From the human T2T-CHM13v2.0 reference genome, Homo sapiens: a DNA stretch of 64,000 nucleotides. The translations under genes were made by a program, and so were the position numbers. Positions 39,492-54,252 of the stretch are shown here, one piece after another. Each line of letters begins with the position of its first letter. The stretch's first letter is position 1. Location of the stretch: NCBI RefSeq assembly GCF_009914755.1, contig NC_060929.1; one strand, 5' to 3'. Below the pieces are notes generated by a model. That model saw only the letters and a list, made by a program, of their open reading frames with translations. It had not been told where the DNA came from and searched no databases.

Positions 39492-42085
39492 GTTAATAAT
39501 GTGTATTCCAGGGAGAATAACACCCATTTTACAGGTTTGTTTCATAAGTTTGAAAGAATACATGGTTAGCACATAGTAAATTATATGGCAACCAATATAC
39601 CTTTAGTAAATGGTAGCTTTTACATTGTTGTTGTTTTACCACAATAAAACAAAAATAAGAGATAAAAAGTCGTAGTTGGAGGAGACTGACCTCTTTTACT
39701 ACCTGGAGACACATGGTTTAAACATATGCTACCAGTTCAGCCATGTTTTACATGCATTTGGTTTTTTTTTTTTTTTTTTTTTTTTTTCACAGAAATGAAA
39801 ATGGAGTAGAACATCTACTCCCATTTCCCATGCAAAATGTTATTCAATAATAAAAAACGTGAATACATACATAAGCACGATTATTAATCATGAGCTGTTA
39901 CCAAAAATGATTCAAACTATCATGCCACTTGGCATCTCCTTAATACCATATTTATCATCAGATATTTCTGTCACCAAAGCATTCAAATTGTCAGATAAAA
40001 ATCTCTGCCTGGGGGAAATATAAACTATGGCTTCTTGTAATGAATGAAAATGAAATGATTCCCCACAGTTTATTGCCAGACTCACTGGAAATAAAAATTA
40101 CTAATTAAATAATCTTAGTTTAAAATAGGTCTGGGTCTGTCAAGCACTTTTCTTCATTGTGGTACAAAATGAGGATGTCCTACGGAAAAGTTTCATATTA
40201 ACACTTTGATAAATCAGATTACAATTCTGAAAAGCACTTTTATAATCGAGTTTTTCCCCCACTTTAATATCTGAGTAATCTTATCTTTAGGATAAATGGA
40301 GATAAAGTTTTACCTGCTGGCAGTTTTGTTGGAGCAATCAACAAAATCTCATTTCTTGAATTCCACAAATGAGAGTAAAGTAACAAACCATTTCCCCCCA
40401 AATTGAATAATACCTGATTTCTGTATCTTCAGCATATCCTTTTTTTTGTTTCATCATGACTTATATTTGCAATAAATTTGAGAAGAATGTTAATATTCAT
40501 TGTTTCTGATTTCTAAGGACATAAAGGGGATGTCTTGGGAAAAAAATTCACAAAATGCCCCTTGGTACCCAGCCAACTCTTTTCATAATCTGTTTTTGAG
40601 ATTTTTTAAAAAAACTATGCATAACTATTGATTTCTTATGAAGTGTCACATAAAGAAAGTAAAATGAGACAGTTTCAGAAAAAAAGTATGGTAAATTCAG
40701 GAATTGCACACCTTTGCACAAGAGTTGTCAAAAGCACATGATAAAAAATTTCAGGTGGTACAATAAAATATTCTGGCTTTTTTGTTCTATATATAGGAGT
40801 GTGGCTTTTATTTTGATACAGAAGTCAAGTGGGTGGCAATATCCACTTAAAATCTCTAAAGAGCTGAGTGATTATTCTTAATATATTTGCATCTTCCTTC
40901 TCCAGTCATCAACCTCAGCATTGCCTAGCACTTGGCTGACTAGTGGTTGAAGATGAGATGGATGGAAGGAAGCTTGATAAAACACTACTTTAAATATTTT
41001 ATCATTTTAATAAAGATTGTTAATATAACACCTGGAGTTTAGGACTCTGTTTCCTTACTCCTTCAGATGACACAGATGCCGTGGCATGAAAATCATCTAA
41101 AAAGAGCAATTTTTTTCCGTTGTCATTATTAATTACTTGTCCATGACTAAAAATTCCGTTTTACAAATAAAATTAGAAATTCCTAACCTTCCTATTAGTT
41201 TTGTTCTTGAGTATATCCAAATATCATCCTGACTGGAAGACAGCATTTTGAAAGTGTATCAGTAGCATTAGAAAACAAAGATAGTTTAATCACATGAAAC
41301 CAAAGGAAAATGTCTTTATACAGGTCTCTTTTTCATGAAGACATGGGCTGAGTATGATCTTTTTAAGGTTTGACTGCACACTCTGAAGCCTGTTGGGGTT
41401 AGAAATACTAAGCACTAAGTAAAAAAAATATGAAAAGGAATAATGATAATACTAAACACCTGTGTTCCTAAAAGGTCTGTAATTTCAGCAGAAAGATTGC
41501 CACTGAGTCCTCATTCATACATGCCAATGGGTAACAGTGACAGTAGGGAGGGGATTACTATAAAATGAAAAGTAAATCAGGCTGTTTTAATGATTTAGAA
41601 TTATATTGTGCTATTGTCTACAGTATACGTTATCTGTACAATTAGTTTATTAAGGAGGTGGATATTCTCTAGTGATTATACTCTGGTGTACATACGTTGA
41701 GCATTCCTTACGAATCTGGGTCTAACCCCTCCAACTTAGTTTCATTGCTATCTGCTTAGTTGCTGAAAGTGAGAAATCAAAATACTGATAACTAATTCAG
41801 AAGCTTCTATCTGGAAAAGATTTTAAAACAACAAAAATTAATATTTTAAGTGAAGTTGTGAATAAATGGTATTAGTTATATCAGCTATTAAATTATGTGC
41901 TAATTTCACTGCTTAACTCATTCTCCTATTTGTCCTCTCTTTTCTCATCTAGCCAATTCTGTTGTAGCCCAGAATCTCACTGCCAGTACTACCGCCTCCT
42001 TCTTCTTAATGGCGTCCCCTTTATTGATCCTACACACTGCATTCAGAATAAACTTCCCCATTATCTGACCAGTTCACTAACTTAG

Positions 42086-42122
<37 letters not shown>
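42086..42122. repeat. (ATCT)n tetranucleotide microsatellite, ~9 units
   Basis: Direct reading. Confidence 0.95.
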
Positions 42123-42906
42123 CATTTTTTTTTCAATAGGTCCCCATTGGTCAGAAAAAAAAAAGGTCATCCTCTTGGCTGCTTGAAATTTACCTTCTAG
42201 CAATATCAAACTGCAAACCTTAGACTGAATTTTACTTAGATGACAGTGTAGGAAGTATTTTTGCAGCTCATGCCTCTGTCCTTTTCTTCGCTGTCCCAGC
42301 GTTCCCCCAAACAGAGTTATTTGTGCCAATTCTGGGGTACAAAAAGACTCTAAGCATATGTGTATCATAGCACTGAGCATTTAAATATACTTTTAATGGG
42401 CATTTATGTATTTAAGAATTTGTCTTCCACATTAGATTGTAAATTCTTCCAAACAACAGTTATATCTGGGTCCTGACCGATAAATGGGCCTATTCCTCGC
42501 ATCTTATAAAGAGCCTGGAAGTAACAGCTGCTCAAAAACATCATTGATCAATTTAATTGAGGCAAACATAACAGACAGTATCTCCCTCTAGGATGGTTCT
42601 CTACCTTGCAATGCAAACTCTTGCAGCATTTTACCCATTCTCACCTCAAGTGCACTTCACTCTTGTATATCTCCTCATCCAATATCTTTCTCTTCTGCAA
42701 CTAAGATAAGTAATATCTAAATGTGTTGATTCCCTTGTTTAGGTGGACTGTCCATAACTCTTTCCTGCTCCCCTTCCAAAGGTATGGATTTATCTTTTCT
42801 CTCACAGATCTTCCTAAAAAATACAAATGGAGCCTGCACATACATACTGCAGAGAAAAATATGTCAGGCATTTTGGCCTTAAAACAACCCCATGGAGAGT
42901 ATCTTT

Positions 42907-43048
42907 TTATTATTATTATTATACTTTAAGTTCTAGGGTACATGTGCACAACGTGCAGGTTTGTTACATATGTATACATGTGCTATGTTGGTGTGCTGCA
43001 CCCATTAACTCGTCGTTTACATTAGGTATATCTCCTAATGCTATCCCT
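42907..43048 (-). mobile_element. Very short (~140 bp) L1PA3/4-like 3' end inserted in a MIR
   Basis: tattatactttaagttctagggtacatgtgcacaacgtgcagg... with 16-bp TSD catg(g/a)agagtatcttt at 42891-42906 and 43049-43064; MIR sequence continues to ~43150. Confidence 0.92.
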
Positions 43049-46000
43049 CATGAAGAGTATCTTTATTTCCAATTGTAATTGAGGCAATTGAGACTCAGAG
43101 AGGTTAAGTAACTCCCCTAAAGTCTTACAGCCAGGATTTGAACCCAGGTACATCTATTACCAATGGGTCATGATAAACATTGTAATGACACGCTGGGGGT
43201 GTTCTGTTTGCTGCATATGCCTTAAGGAGTGTGGAGAAACTATAAAAAATGATGAGGAGGGCACTTAGATGTCTTGTTTATGAAGATGTAGGACAGTGAT
43301 CTAACTCACTTTGTGTTCTCCGTCACCGTTGTTCTGCCGTGGTTGGACTAAAGATTCAACATGGACTGTTATTCATTCAACATTTAACTAATATTTATTG
43401 AGCCTCTTCTTTGTGCAAAGCAGAGGTATAACATTTAATACTTTAGTTTTCTAAGATTGAAAGTGATTTTACAGCTGAAGCAGGTTATTAGAAACTAAAT
43501 TCAGAATAATTTTATAATGAGACATCTGTAGACTAGGAACATGGTGAACTGCCTACCTCAAGAACTTCTACAGCCTTATTTTTCCTCTCTCTCACTGTGT
43601 ATTTTCTCTCTACAATTTAATAACTATTTTCACATTTCCTCTTTTAAGAAAGCCTATTACAGCATAGTGCATTTTTCTCTGTTTAAGAAAATGCCTCAGG
43701 ATAAATTGTGGAGGCAATTATTTTCAATGCTAACATCTTCAAACATGAAACCAGCATCTGGGCAATTATGACATTAGTCTGATTTAGCATTAAAAGGTAA
43801 AAGTTTATGTATAAATTTCAAAATTTTAATCATTATTTTATCAAGAATTTTGTGTCCCAACCACAGATCATTTTTGTTGCTGTGGTTAAATTTGTTTCTA
43901 ATAGTCTTGTGTTTCATGTATGTACACAACAATCCTTAAATGAATAAGCAAATACCAATTAAACATTCATATATGCATAAACTTGGATTTTGCCTGTATA
44001 TTTCTCTTTTCTATCATATTCACGTTAATGTAGAGCCAAGGCTCATTATCTGTGTCAACAGATTAGAAAGTAAATTGAGTAAAATAAATCAATTGATTAT
44101 GTTTACTTCACACACCTTGCAATCATTTGAAAAGTTAGTTTTAACTCCCATTTCTCAAAAGCATGACTAATTAATAACATGAATTATTAACTGAAACATG
44201 ATTTTTATAGGTTTTTACTTCTCTCTAGTACTTTATTGTTAAGGTAGAATACTAAAAAAACATCATTTCAATGAGTAATAAAAGCAGCCTTGTAGACAAT
44301 TTACTTGTCTATCCAGCTCCTAAAATTTCAAAAACTGTATGTACTGTCATATTCTTGGAAGCAGTGGAGGTGTGACTAGAGTGAAAAACAGTAGTTCCTT
44401 TTTACTTACATGTTGTTAAAAAGTATAAGACCAATACTATGCAGTTTTCTACTATTTTTTCTTTTATAAAATTCAGTTTAAACTTGGATTAAATGTATCC
44501 AGTTGCCTGTTCATTATGTTTAAACAAGTGTTTATCTGCTTCCCAATTTTACACCAATCAAAATAGATGAAGGTAACTTTCTCCCTAGAGAATTCTTACT
44601 AAACTCAGAGACATCTTAGCCACTCGACTGCCTGAACTTATCAAATGCCCAACTTATCCAGGTATGCATAAAATACTTATGCAGGTATTTTAGGTATTAC
44701 CAAAGAGAAAATTAAGTACATTGAAGAAACAATGTCTATTTTACCGACAAATTTTAGATCGGAAAAGGGATTTGGCCAACCAGACACAAGGGAAGACACG
44801 TTGTAGAAAGAACCAAGTAACAATATGTAAATATTATATGCATAGCCTCTGATGGTATGTTACATGTGTCGATTTAAATGAACTCCATTTTAGAATGAAA
44901 TAAAATTGAATAATTAATTTTGTGGTTCCCAAGTATTCCTGTTCAGATATGGAATACTTTTGTAATCAGAAAACATGTTTAAGAAAATTTTAATGGACCT
45001 TTTGTTCAAAACAGGTGAAATGTCAAGTTTTCCAAGTGAAAACTCTATCGGAGATGCTATTGTCACCTGCTAAGTGGCACAGAGATGCCCACTAGAAATT
45101 AATTGATAGATAATTGTGCATTAGAAAAATTACTTTATTCTTATCATATTGGCTTATCAACTTCATTGGACAGAATTTTATGTGTTACTTTGTATATTGT
45201 TAGGTTAATAATACTGCTACCCAAGGAACAAAAAAAAAATAGTTTTACTTTTTATGATTAGACCAAATACCAGAAGGACACGGTTAATAGCTTTGTGGGA
45301 ACTTTTGTAGTGTTTTGCATAATGAATGAACTCACCAAAGCTCCTATGACAAAATCCTCCTGACTACTCAAAAGGTTAAATGTGTATAAATAGATGACAT
45401 TTTCCTATACTATGAAGAACAGTTGAATAATACTAAATGAATTGTTTTCCTTCTCAGGTACACTTATAAACTGACTGCTTTCTTGGTGTTAACCTTTTCA
45501 TGCACAATCCCTTGAACTACTTATTATTAATTAATATGAGGAATATTATTAAATTTAAATTGATCATTCATGAAGACAAGGATGCAGAGTAAAAACAGAG
45601 AGAAGCAAAAGTTCTAAAAGACTATAGGGTCTACAAATAGGAATAATGAGAATGAGACAGAGGGGCCAGAAACCCGAGTAGTATGTAAACCTTCATCGTA
45701 ATGTGGTTAACATACAAACTTGAAAATAGTCCTCATTTTACAGAGGTAAACTGAATGGGTCTGTTTTCTTGGAATCAAAAATACCAGACAAATGTATGTC
45801 AGAGCAATATTTCCAGTGACTTAATATCAGGGATCATGTGTCAATTATTTTGATGTTTGTCTCATCACTTGCATGATGTTATTGCCACAGCCATTTTGCA
45901 AAATGTCTAAGTTTTTAGACGATAAGTCATTTCTATTGTTTTAAAATTCCAGTTTGACACCTGGAAGTCTGCAAAAGCTTAACTTCCTTAAAGAAAGAAG

Positions 46001-46871
46001 GTCATGTCAATGATAGCGTCATATATGTCCGGGAAGCATACACTTCCTTAAATAACTCTAGGTGTGAGTGAACTCTGATACAAGAAAGGAACTAAATCAA
46101 AAAAGAGAATTACATGTGTGTTTAGTGGCAGTACCTTGATGATTTGAAACTGATGTGCACATTAACTAGAAATTTCACTAAGTTAACAGGCGGACATTCT
46201 CCCTCCCCCTGCCCCAAGTACGGAGTGATCCCCATTACTTTATACATAATCCTATGATTCTGAAAAACTGGTATGTTTTGGTGAACTCTTATACCAGCTG
46301 CATTATTCTAAAGTGATGGTGTATAAGGCATTGGAAAACCAAATAACTAAATTGATTATGAAATTTTACATGGATAATAATCACTTTTAAGGAGACTGAA
46401 AAGGTTCGGTTGAATATGCTCAACTTCAGATAGCAGCCCCTGAGCAGCAGGTGATGGGGAAGGGGATGTGGGGGTGAACAGGTGATGGTTGCTCTTTAGT
46501 TTACCTCTTTTCCTTAGTCTTTTAAATGTGGGTTCAAGTCCATAGGGTAGGTAATTTAGAATACATCATCTCTCTACAGGTTACAAAGTGTCTAAATCTG
46601 CACAGTTGAGGAGAAGCAGGAATGAATTCAATAAAAGCTCAACCCTGCTAGTAAGACCTCTGTAAATACAATGACAAAAATATTGCTTACAATTTCATCG
46701 TCTGCTATTTTACTTACATGTTTTTATACATGGAGCTAGAGAACAAAATTCAGCAGAAAGGCCAGGACTGGACATTCAATGAAAATGGCTCATTGACAGC
46801 TTTTATCTCCAAAAGCTTCATCTACATTATTTTGGGAGAAAATATCTTTTGAAACAGATAAACCATTAACT

Positions 46872-47336
46872 CAGGTTTCTAAACCTTTTTTATAGTATGG
46901 ACCTTTTTGTCAGTCTGGTGAAGCCTAAAGACCCTTCTCAGAATAATGCCTTCAAACATATAAAATGAAATACAAAGAAATTGAAGGCAATCATCAAAAT
47001 ATTTAAAAATATGTGACTTATCAATGTATATGCTGATCTATTAATACATTAAGTAGTAGCAGATCTACTATAGTTTCATATTAGTGAAAAATGTCAATGT
47101 TATTTTACATTTGTGACATGTATTATGTGAAATGAAAATATCTGTGATTTCTATTAGTGACAAAATCATAGGTACTGCTAACACTATGATTGGTTGTTGC
47201 CTATATTTGTAGTTGATGAAAATTTTAAATTTCAGTCATCCAATAATACAAATAAACAGATGATTTTTATTTTCTCATCAAAGGACACTTCTGTCCACCT
47301 ATCCTTTGCGATCCTTACCTAGGGTTAAAAACCTTG
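46872..47336 (+). mobile_element. MER119-like hAT-Charlie DNA transposon
   Basis: Starts caggtttctaaacctttt...tggacctttttgtcagtctggtgaagcctaaagacccttctcagaataatg and ends ggttaaaaaccttg, an inverted terminus. Confidence 0.7.
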
Positions 47337-50300
47337 CATTAAGCACTCACAGAGTGGGACTGAGAATGCCCTTATATTAATCCTTGTAGGAAAGTGCTAA
47401 TGTTCTGGTAAACGGAAAACTATTAACAGTGGCAGAATCCAGAAATAATTCTATTGGAAAAGGAAATAGCATTATTAAGTTACTGCCAAGTAAGTATGAG
47501 GCAACACTTATATACCAAATTGTCATTTCGGGGATGTTTAAAAATTTTTGTGTCTGCCCAAGTGTACCAGAGAAAATATAAAGCAAATTTTCTTTTGAAC
47601 AAACCACCACAAATATCTCTGGATTTTTCAGAGCTAAGAGCTGCGGTTTCAATTTTTCGGGATTTCGTAGTTAGATAATAGTGCTGAGTATTTATAGGCT
47701 TCCTTATATAACTATAGTTCTATCCATTTTTCTTGTCAGAATAGTTTATTTTCTGTCCCTGCTCCTGTTTTCCTTGAATTTTAGTATTGGATTTACTGAC
47801 TTTGCTCTGGCTCTCCTTCTTTTTATAGAACCATATTCCTCAAGTTCAATTTATTTTTAAGTTGGATACTTTATGTTTCCATTCCCTTTGGAGCTCTAAA
47901 AAGAACGTGTATTATTGACCAGATAAAGCTATTAAGGTAACTATTATGAAATTTCTTTTTAGGACTTTAGTCACCTTAATGGTTCTTTGGGGTTTAAGAT
48001 ATGCTCAAAGTAGAGTGCACCATAACCTGGGAGGAGCAGCCTGTGGCTATTATTTTCTACTCAGCATCTGCTCATTCTGGAACACTTGCAATCTGGCATT
48101 CTTCTCTACAGACACACAATTATATAAGGGCCATTAATGGTTTTAGCTTCCACATTAAAAGTATCTTTTCTTAGGCCTGCATTTTCTTGACCAGTTCCTA
48201 TTCTGGAAACACTCTTTTCCTTGCTCTAATTCTGTATTCCTCTTCTGTTTCTTGGATTATCCTTTTATTTTATTTTTTTCGTACCTTTGCAAATAGAACT
48301 TCTTTTGCCTGATTTAAATTTTATCCTTAGCCATTTATACTTTTTACTCTCTTACTTTCTCCCTTGGCAATGCTATCTAATCTTATCACTTCATCATTCT
48401 CATGTGACCTGTAAATCTGAATCTTTGTTACCAATGCTTTCCTTAACTACAATATGCATTTTTAATAACTAGCTGTACTATCTTATCAGGATGTCCCAAT
48501 TGCACCTAAAATTCAATATGCCTAAGCAGTGAAAAAGGTTGCTGTGCCCTCATTCTTCAGTTGAAGAAGATTGCTTTGAAGGTGGGAACTCAAAACATGT
48601 ATTTGGCTTTATGACTTACATGCTGCTGGAAACCATTACTTCCAAGTGTGCTGATTCAGTTGAAAACTGCGGCTAGGGTCACACTAGCTGTTGCTGTCAC
48701 TGCCAAACTCAGCTCCATAGTTGCCAGTCAAGTTTTATTGCAACCATTTGGAACCCTTGAGAGCTCAGGAAATCATGCCATCGTTTGAAAAATTGTGCAC
48801 ATTTGGTGAAAGATCAGGAACCATCTATATTCTTTCTTCTCTTCTGAGAAAGGCGTTTGTCTCTGCTTTTATCAGCAGTGTGATAAAAGCGGAAATCCCG
48901 GTGGTTTGTGCTATAATTTCCCCATTGTGAAATAACCAATTGAACCTCACTCTGACAGTCGGCCCAAAATTTCACCTAAGTACCCAAGAACGCCACATTA
49001 ACATGTAGAAGATACTGTCTGGCCCACAAATTACAATTTAACAGTGTTCCAACTTTCTAGTCCCAGGATGACTTCTTTTCTAGTAGTTTCCTAACAGAGA
49101 GGTTTTTTTGTGTTTTTTGTTTTGTATATATTTTATTTGGGTTGTCCCCCTGCTCCTTTTGTAAGGGTGAGGGTTGGAGTGATAGCTGAAAGAGTGATAT
49201 TTTCAGTTTGAGAAAAATGCAATATTTTTCAATCATCCACTACAGTTCTAAATTTTATGAGAACTAAATCAAGTTATGCCGTTCTCAAACTCTCTTGATG
49301 TCTGAGTACTTCATCTTTCTTTGTCTTTGAACTGGAAAATATAAGAGCAAGTTTTAGCCTGGAGAATAAATGCAAAACTAAATTATAATCCCTGGACATA
49401 TACAGTTTAGCACATAAGGGGAATGTTGAAATAATTTGAAAACAAAAACTTCTTACGGAATGTTTCAGTAATTATTTGCAATTAAATACAAAACTGTCAG
49501 GTAATGAGAATACGACTCCATTTGTTGGAAGTATTTAACAAGTCCCACATGGTCTATTTGAACATTTTGCAGATACTTGTTTGTCTTTCCTTTACTACAT
49601 TATAACTTTAAGGTACAGTAGGTGAACCTTCAAAGTGTGATAATTCTGTACAAAACTGTTGTGTAACATTTGGAAAATCAGAGGCATCTGAAGGAAGATA
49701 GAACTTCCATGTCAGGCACAAATAATCCAATTTGCTTTTGTTATTGAGTCAATTTTTTGTGTTTATTGTTTCAAAAACTTCATCCTGCAGTAACGTTGAA
49801 ATTGTTTCTTTCTTTATTGATATACTTGCATAGAGTTCTGGATTTTTTTAACTCACAAAAATATGTTTTAAAAGAAGTGAGAAATTAAGTTAAAATAATT
49901 ATATATTCAAGTATATATGGTTACAGTTATTTGTAAATGTATCTCTATATATTTATAGGTAGATTTTAAATGTTATGCACCTCAGATTTACCCATAGTCA
50001 ATTCCTTTATTTATTTATTTTTAATGTTCACAAAAGGTATCAGCCTGAGGCAAACTGTCCTTCTGTCCCACTGGAGTTTTGGATTAATTTTTATTTTATG
50101 TATTTCAAGCAAAGTAGAACAATCTTAAGTTAAATTAGCCAATGCTTTCAGAGACAAAAATCATTACCAAAGTACCCTGTTCAAATTTCTAAAACAGAGC
50201 AGATATTTGTTATATGGAATAAAATAGAATTAAAATTAAATATTTATTTTTCTTTGTTTCTCTTTGATTTCTTGTTACATTTACAAGTTAAAATCTATTC

Positions 50301-51719
50301 TGATGTTTTAAAAATCCCTTGTGATTGCACAAAAACATATTTATAAGATGAATTTTTAGTATATAAACATGGTTTGGCATGGACAGATCACAACCCCAAA
50401 TGAAATTTCATGACTCTATATTGTTAAGGCCTAAAAGATAAGATATACTAAAGGTGCTATCACATGTTGGTTAAATAACAATCTTAACTCATCCACTAAA
50501 TATTAAGATTCTTAAAGACAAAGGATCTGTTTATTCTTGAGGATAAACAAAGGATCTGTTTATTCTTGAGGATTCTCAAAGGATCTATTTATTCATCATT
50601 TTCTTTGTAAAATTCTCATCTCTACCACCCCTCCTCTTTCTGTTTGAGTATATACTATACATTCTTATGGTCTCGGCTTTCATGCCACTTTCCTAACTCC
50701 CCCAAACAAAAGGCTTCCCTGTCATAGGCTCCCTCTTTTTTGCCCTCATGGCACTTACCATATCTTATCATTAAATAATACATAATTCTTTTTTCTCTCT
50801 CATTAATCTGTATATTCTATGAGAGTAGGAACTGAATTCATTTCAATTACCATTGTTGTCCCGGCTTTAGAGGGTGAAACAATTTGTTGAATGAATGAGT
50901 TTATTCATGTATGTTCTTGTAATCTTGTACACAGTTACGCTAAGAAAAGCTCAGTAAATATTTGTGGCTAGTTTATTTGATCATATAATTGAATACATTC
51001 ACTATATTGCAACATCAGACTTAGGCAGTTTTCTTGTAAAACTTATGTGTGTTTTCATTCTAATTTTCACTTCCTTATAGACACCTTTTTTAAAAAAATT
51101 ATTTACTTCAGAATTTCTCTATGTTTTCCTTTTGTCTTGTCACAGCTGGATAGGGAAGAGTAGGAATTTAGTATTATATTATATAAAACTATAATCTCTG
51201 ACCACTTTTTAAGAAAATACTGGAATTATTAATTCTGCTCTTGTAATTCACTAAAATCACTGCAAACATTCATTTGCTTGTCATTCGCTAAGATACCTGA
51301 TCAAATAACAGTGACATCTTACAATAACTGCAAACATACAAAAAGATAAATCAAATTGGGTATTTGTAGTTCATATGTTTTGATAGCCTTTTACAAAAAA
51401 CACAGCAACTATCTCCTATAATGATTTTGGGTAAATAATATTTATTTAAACTTATATTAATGCCACAGGAATTTTTAAACTTATGTATCTGTAAAACATG
51501 GTATGTAGGCATTATACCTAACATCTACACTGCTTGTTCTCAAGGACATACACTAATTTACTAAAGAAGGACAAGTTGTTTGCATAAATAATAAAACTTA
51601 AAATCACACATTATGACAAAAGAAAAGGTGAGATATACAGGTATTTTTTTTTCAAATAACTAAAAAATCCTATGTATATATATTTATGCAATTATTTCTT
51701 TATAACAGTTATTGACCTA

Positions 51720-52260
51720 GGTGTTTTACTAGGTATTTTAGGTATTTTACATATGCTATGAATTTTAATCTGCCTATCAATCTACATCCATCAAAAGATA
51801 GTATCAATTCCATCTGCAGATAAAGAATCTGAGGCTCAGAAGGGGCAATGTACTTGTCAGGACATATAGTTACAAATAGAAAATGTTTAAACTTCCAGTT
51901 CTATTTGAATGTAAAGCCTGCACTCTTTCCTCTTATGCTGTTGTCACTTGCCAAGGCCACTCATCAAGTGTAAGTGTTTTTAATATGTAGAGTATAATAA
52001 CAGCATCCCTTTACCCTACAAAAAACAGGATCATATCATGCTTAGGGCTGCAGGCTCTGCAACTGCAATGCCTGGGATTAAGGCCAGGTTCTGAAGTTTA
52101 CTAGCCAGGCCAACCTATGCAAATTAATCACTCAATAGCTCAGTCTGCTCTATAAAATGGAATCAGTAGTAAAGAGTATCTAGTACAAAGAATGCTGAGA
52201 GGATTAAAAAATCAATATTTAAAGTACTTAGGAAAGTGCTTGACACATAGTAATGCTTAA
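51720..52260. mobile_element. Two MIRs in opposite orientation (~51720-51930 minus, ~52040-52260 plus)
   Basis: ccatctgcagataaagaatctgaggctcagaagggg (minus core) and ctcagtctgctctataaaatggaat...gaggattaaa...aaagtacttaggaaagtgcttgacacatagtaa (plus). Confidence 0.6.
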
Positions 52261-52491
52261 AATCAACATACATGAACTGGTGAAAAGATACAGTTTAGTA
52301 AACAAAAAAGATTTGCCTGTCATTATTTATAAATTTGTCTTTTAAAAAGCAATAATTAAATATTGAGCATAACAATACAAATCTCATCATGTATTTATCT
52401 CTACAATGTTTCAGCAATTTTCAGTGAACAAGTATGTACTTAAACAAATATACTTGGTAGTACACATTGATATCAAAAGAAAGAATATAGG

Positions 52492-52795
<304 letters not shown>

Positions 52796-53192
52796 TATAT
52801 ATATAATATATCTTTTTTTCATATATAGTATATATTTTATATATAATATATTATATATATTTTATATAATATATATTATATATATTTTATACATAATATA
52901 TATTATATATATTATATATAATATATTTTATATATAATATATATTTTAACATATATTATATATTTTATATATAATATATATTTTAACATATATTATGTAT
53001 TTTATATATAATATATATTTTAATATATATTATATATTTTATATATAATATATATTTTAATATATATTATATATTTTATATATAATATATATTTTAATAT
53101 ATATTATATATTTTATATATAATATATATTTTATATATTTTTAATATATAATATATATTTTATATATTTTTAATATATATTATATAAATATA
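52796..53192. repeat. AT-only minisatellite (~37-bp unit tatatattatatattttatatataatatatattttaa)
   Basis: About 400 nt that are almost purely A/T with a repeating unit. Confidence 0.92.
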
Positions 53193-53915
53193 CACACAGT
53201 ATATATTGTCTATGTTTATGTGCTTGGAAATACTAGCTAATTTATAATTATGGCTAAAACAGTTAAAGCTGCTCAAATAATGAGATAAGAAAATATTAAT
53301 TTACCACTTTCAAAATATATTCATAGGTATTATTTTAATATCCTTATCACAGAATTCTTAAACAACTATATAATTATCTAGATTATTTTATTAAATTTGC
53401 AAAAACTGGATAATTATGATATTTGGAAACATCACTTAGTCCTTACTAGAAGATTTTAGTTTTAATTTTTAGTAAAACCCTCTGAGATCACCCAAGTGTT
53501 TTTTTGTTTGTTTGTTTGTCATAATTGTTTGTGGATGTTGCATTATAAGAGCTCCCTTGAAATCTGTCTTACTTTCCCAAAGTAGTGCCAGTGATAAAAA
53601 TGAATTTGAGTGGCATTCCTGAAATTTAATAATGTCATATTTAAACAACCAGGAGGGAAATGTATACAGGTATTGTGGGCCACATAGTCCAATAAATGAG
53701 AACAATCCTAGTTATTTTTAGATTAGTTAACTAAAGTGTTATTAATTTTCATTGCACTTAATCTAGTTTAAACATCATGTTCAGTTAAATTTACATGACA
53801 AAGCTTATCTGTTCTTATGAGAATAGTTTTCTCATTCCAATTCATCATCATTTTCAAGCTGTTTATGGAAATAACTGTCAGAACACTTGAGCTTATAACA
53901 TTTAAAAGGAATGAG

Positions 53916-54252
<337 letters not shown>

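Noticed and set aside
48863-48892. Possible miRNA hairpin
   Set aside because: The stem is only 10-12 bp, far shorter than a pre-miRNA; retained only as a DNA motif palindrome.
50518-50594. Repeat-spacer (CRISPR-like) appearance
   Set aside because: Units are contiguous with no unique spacers, in a mammalian intron with no cas genes.
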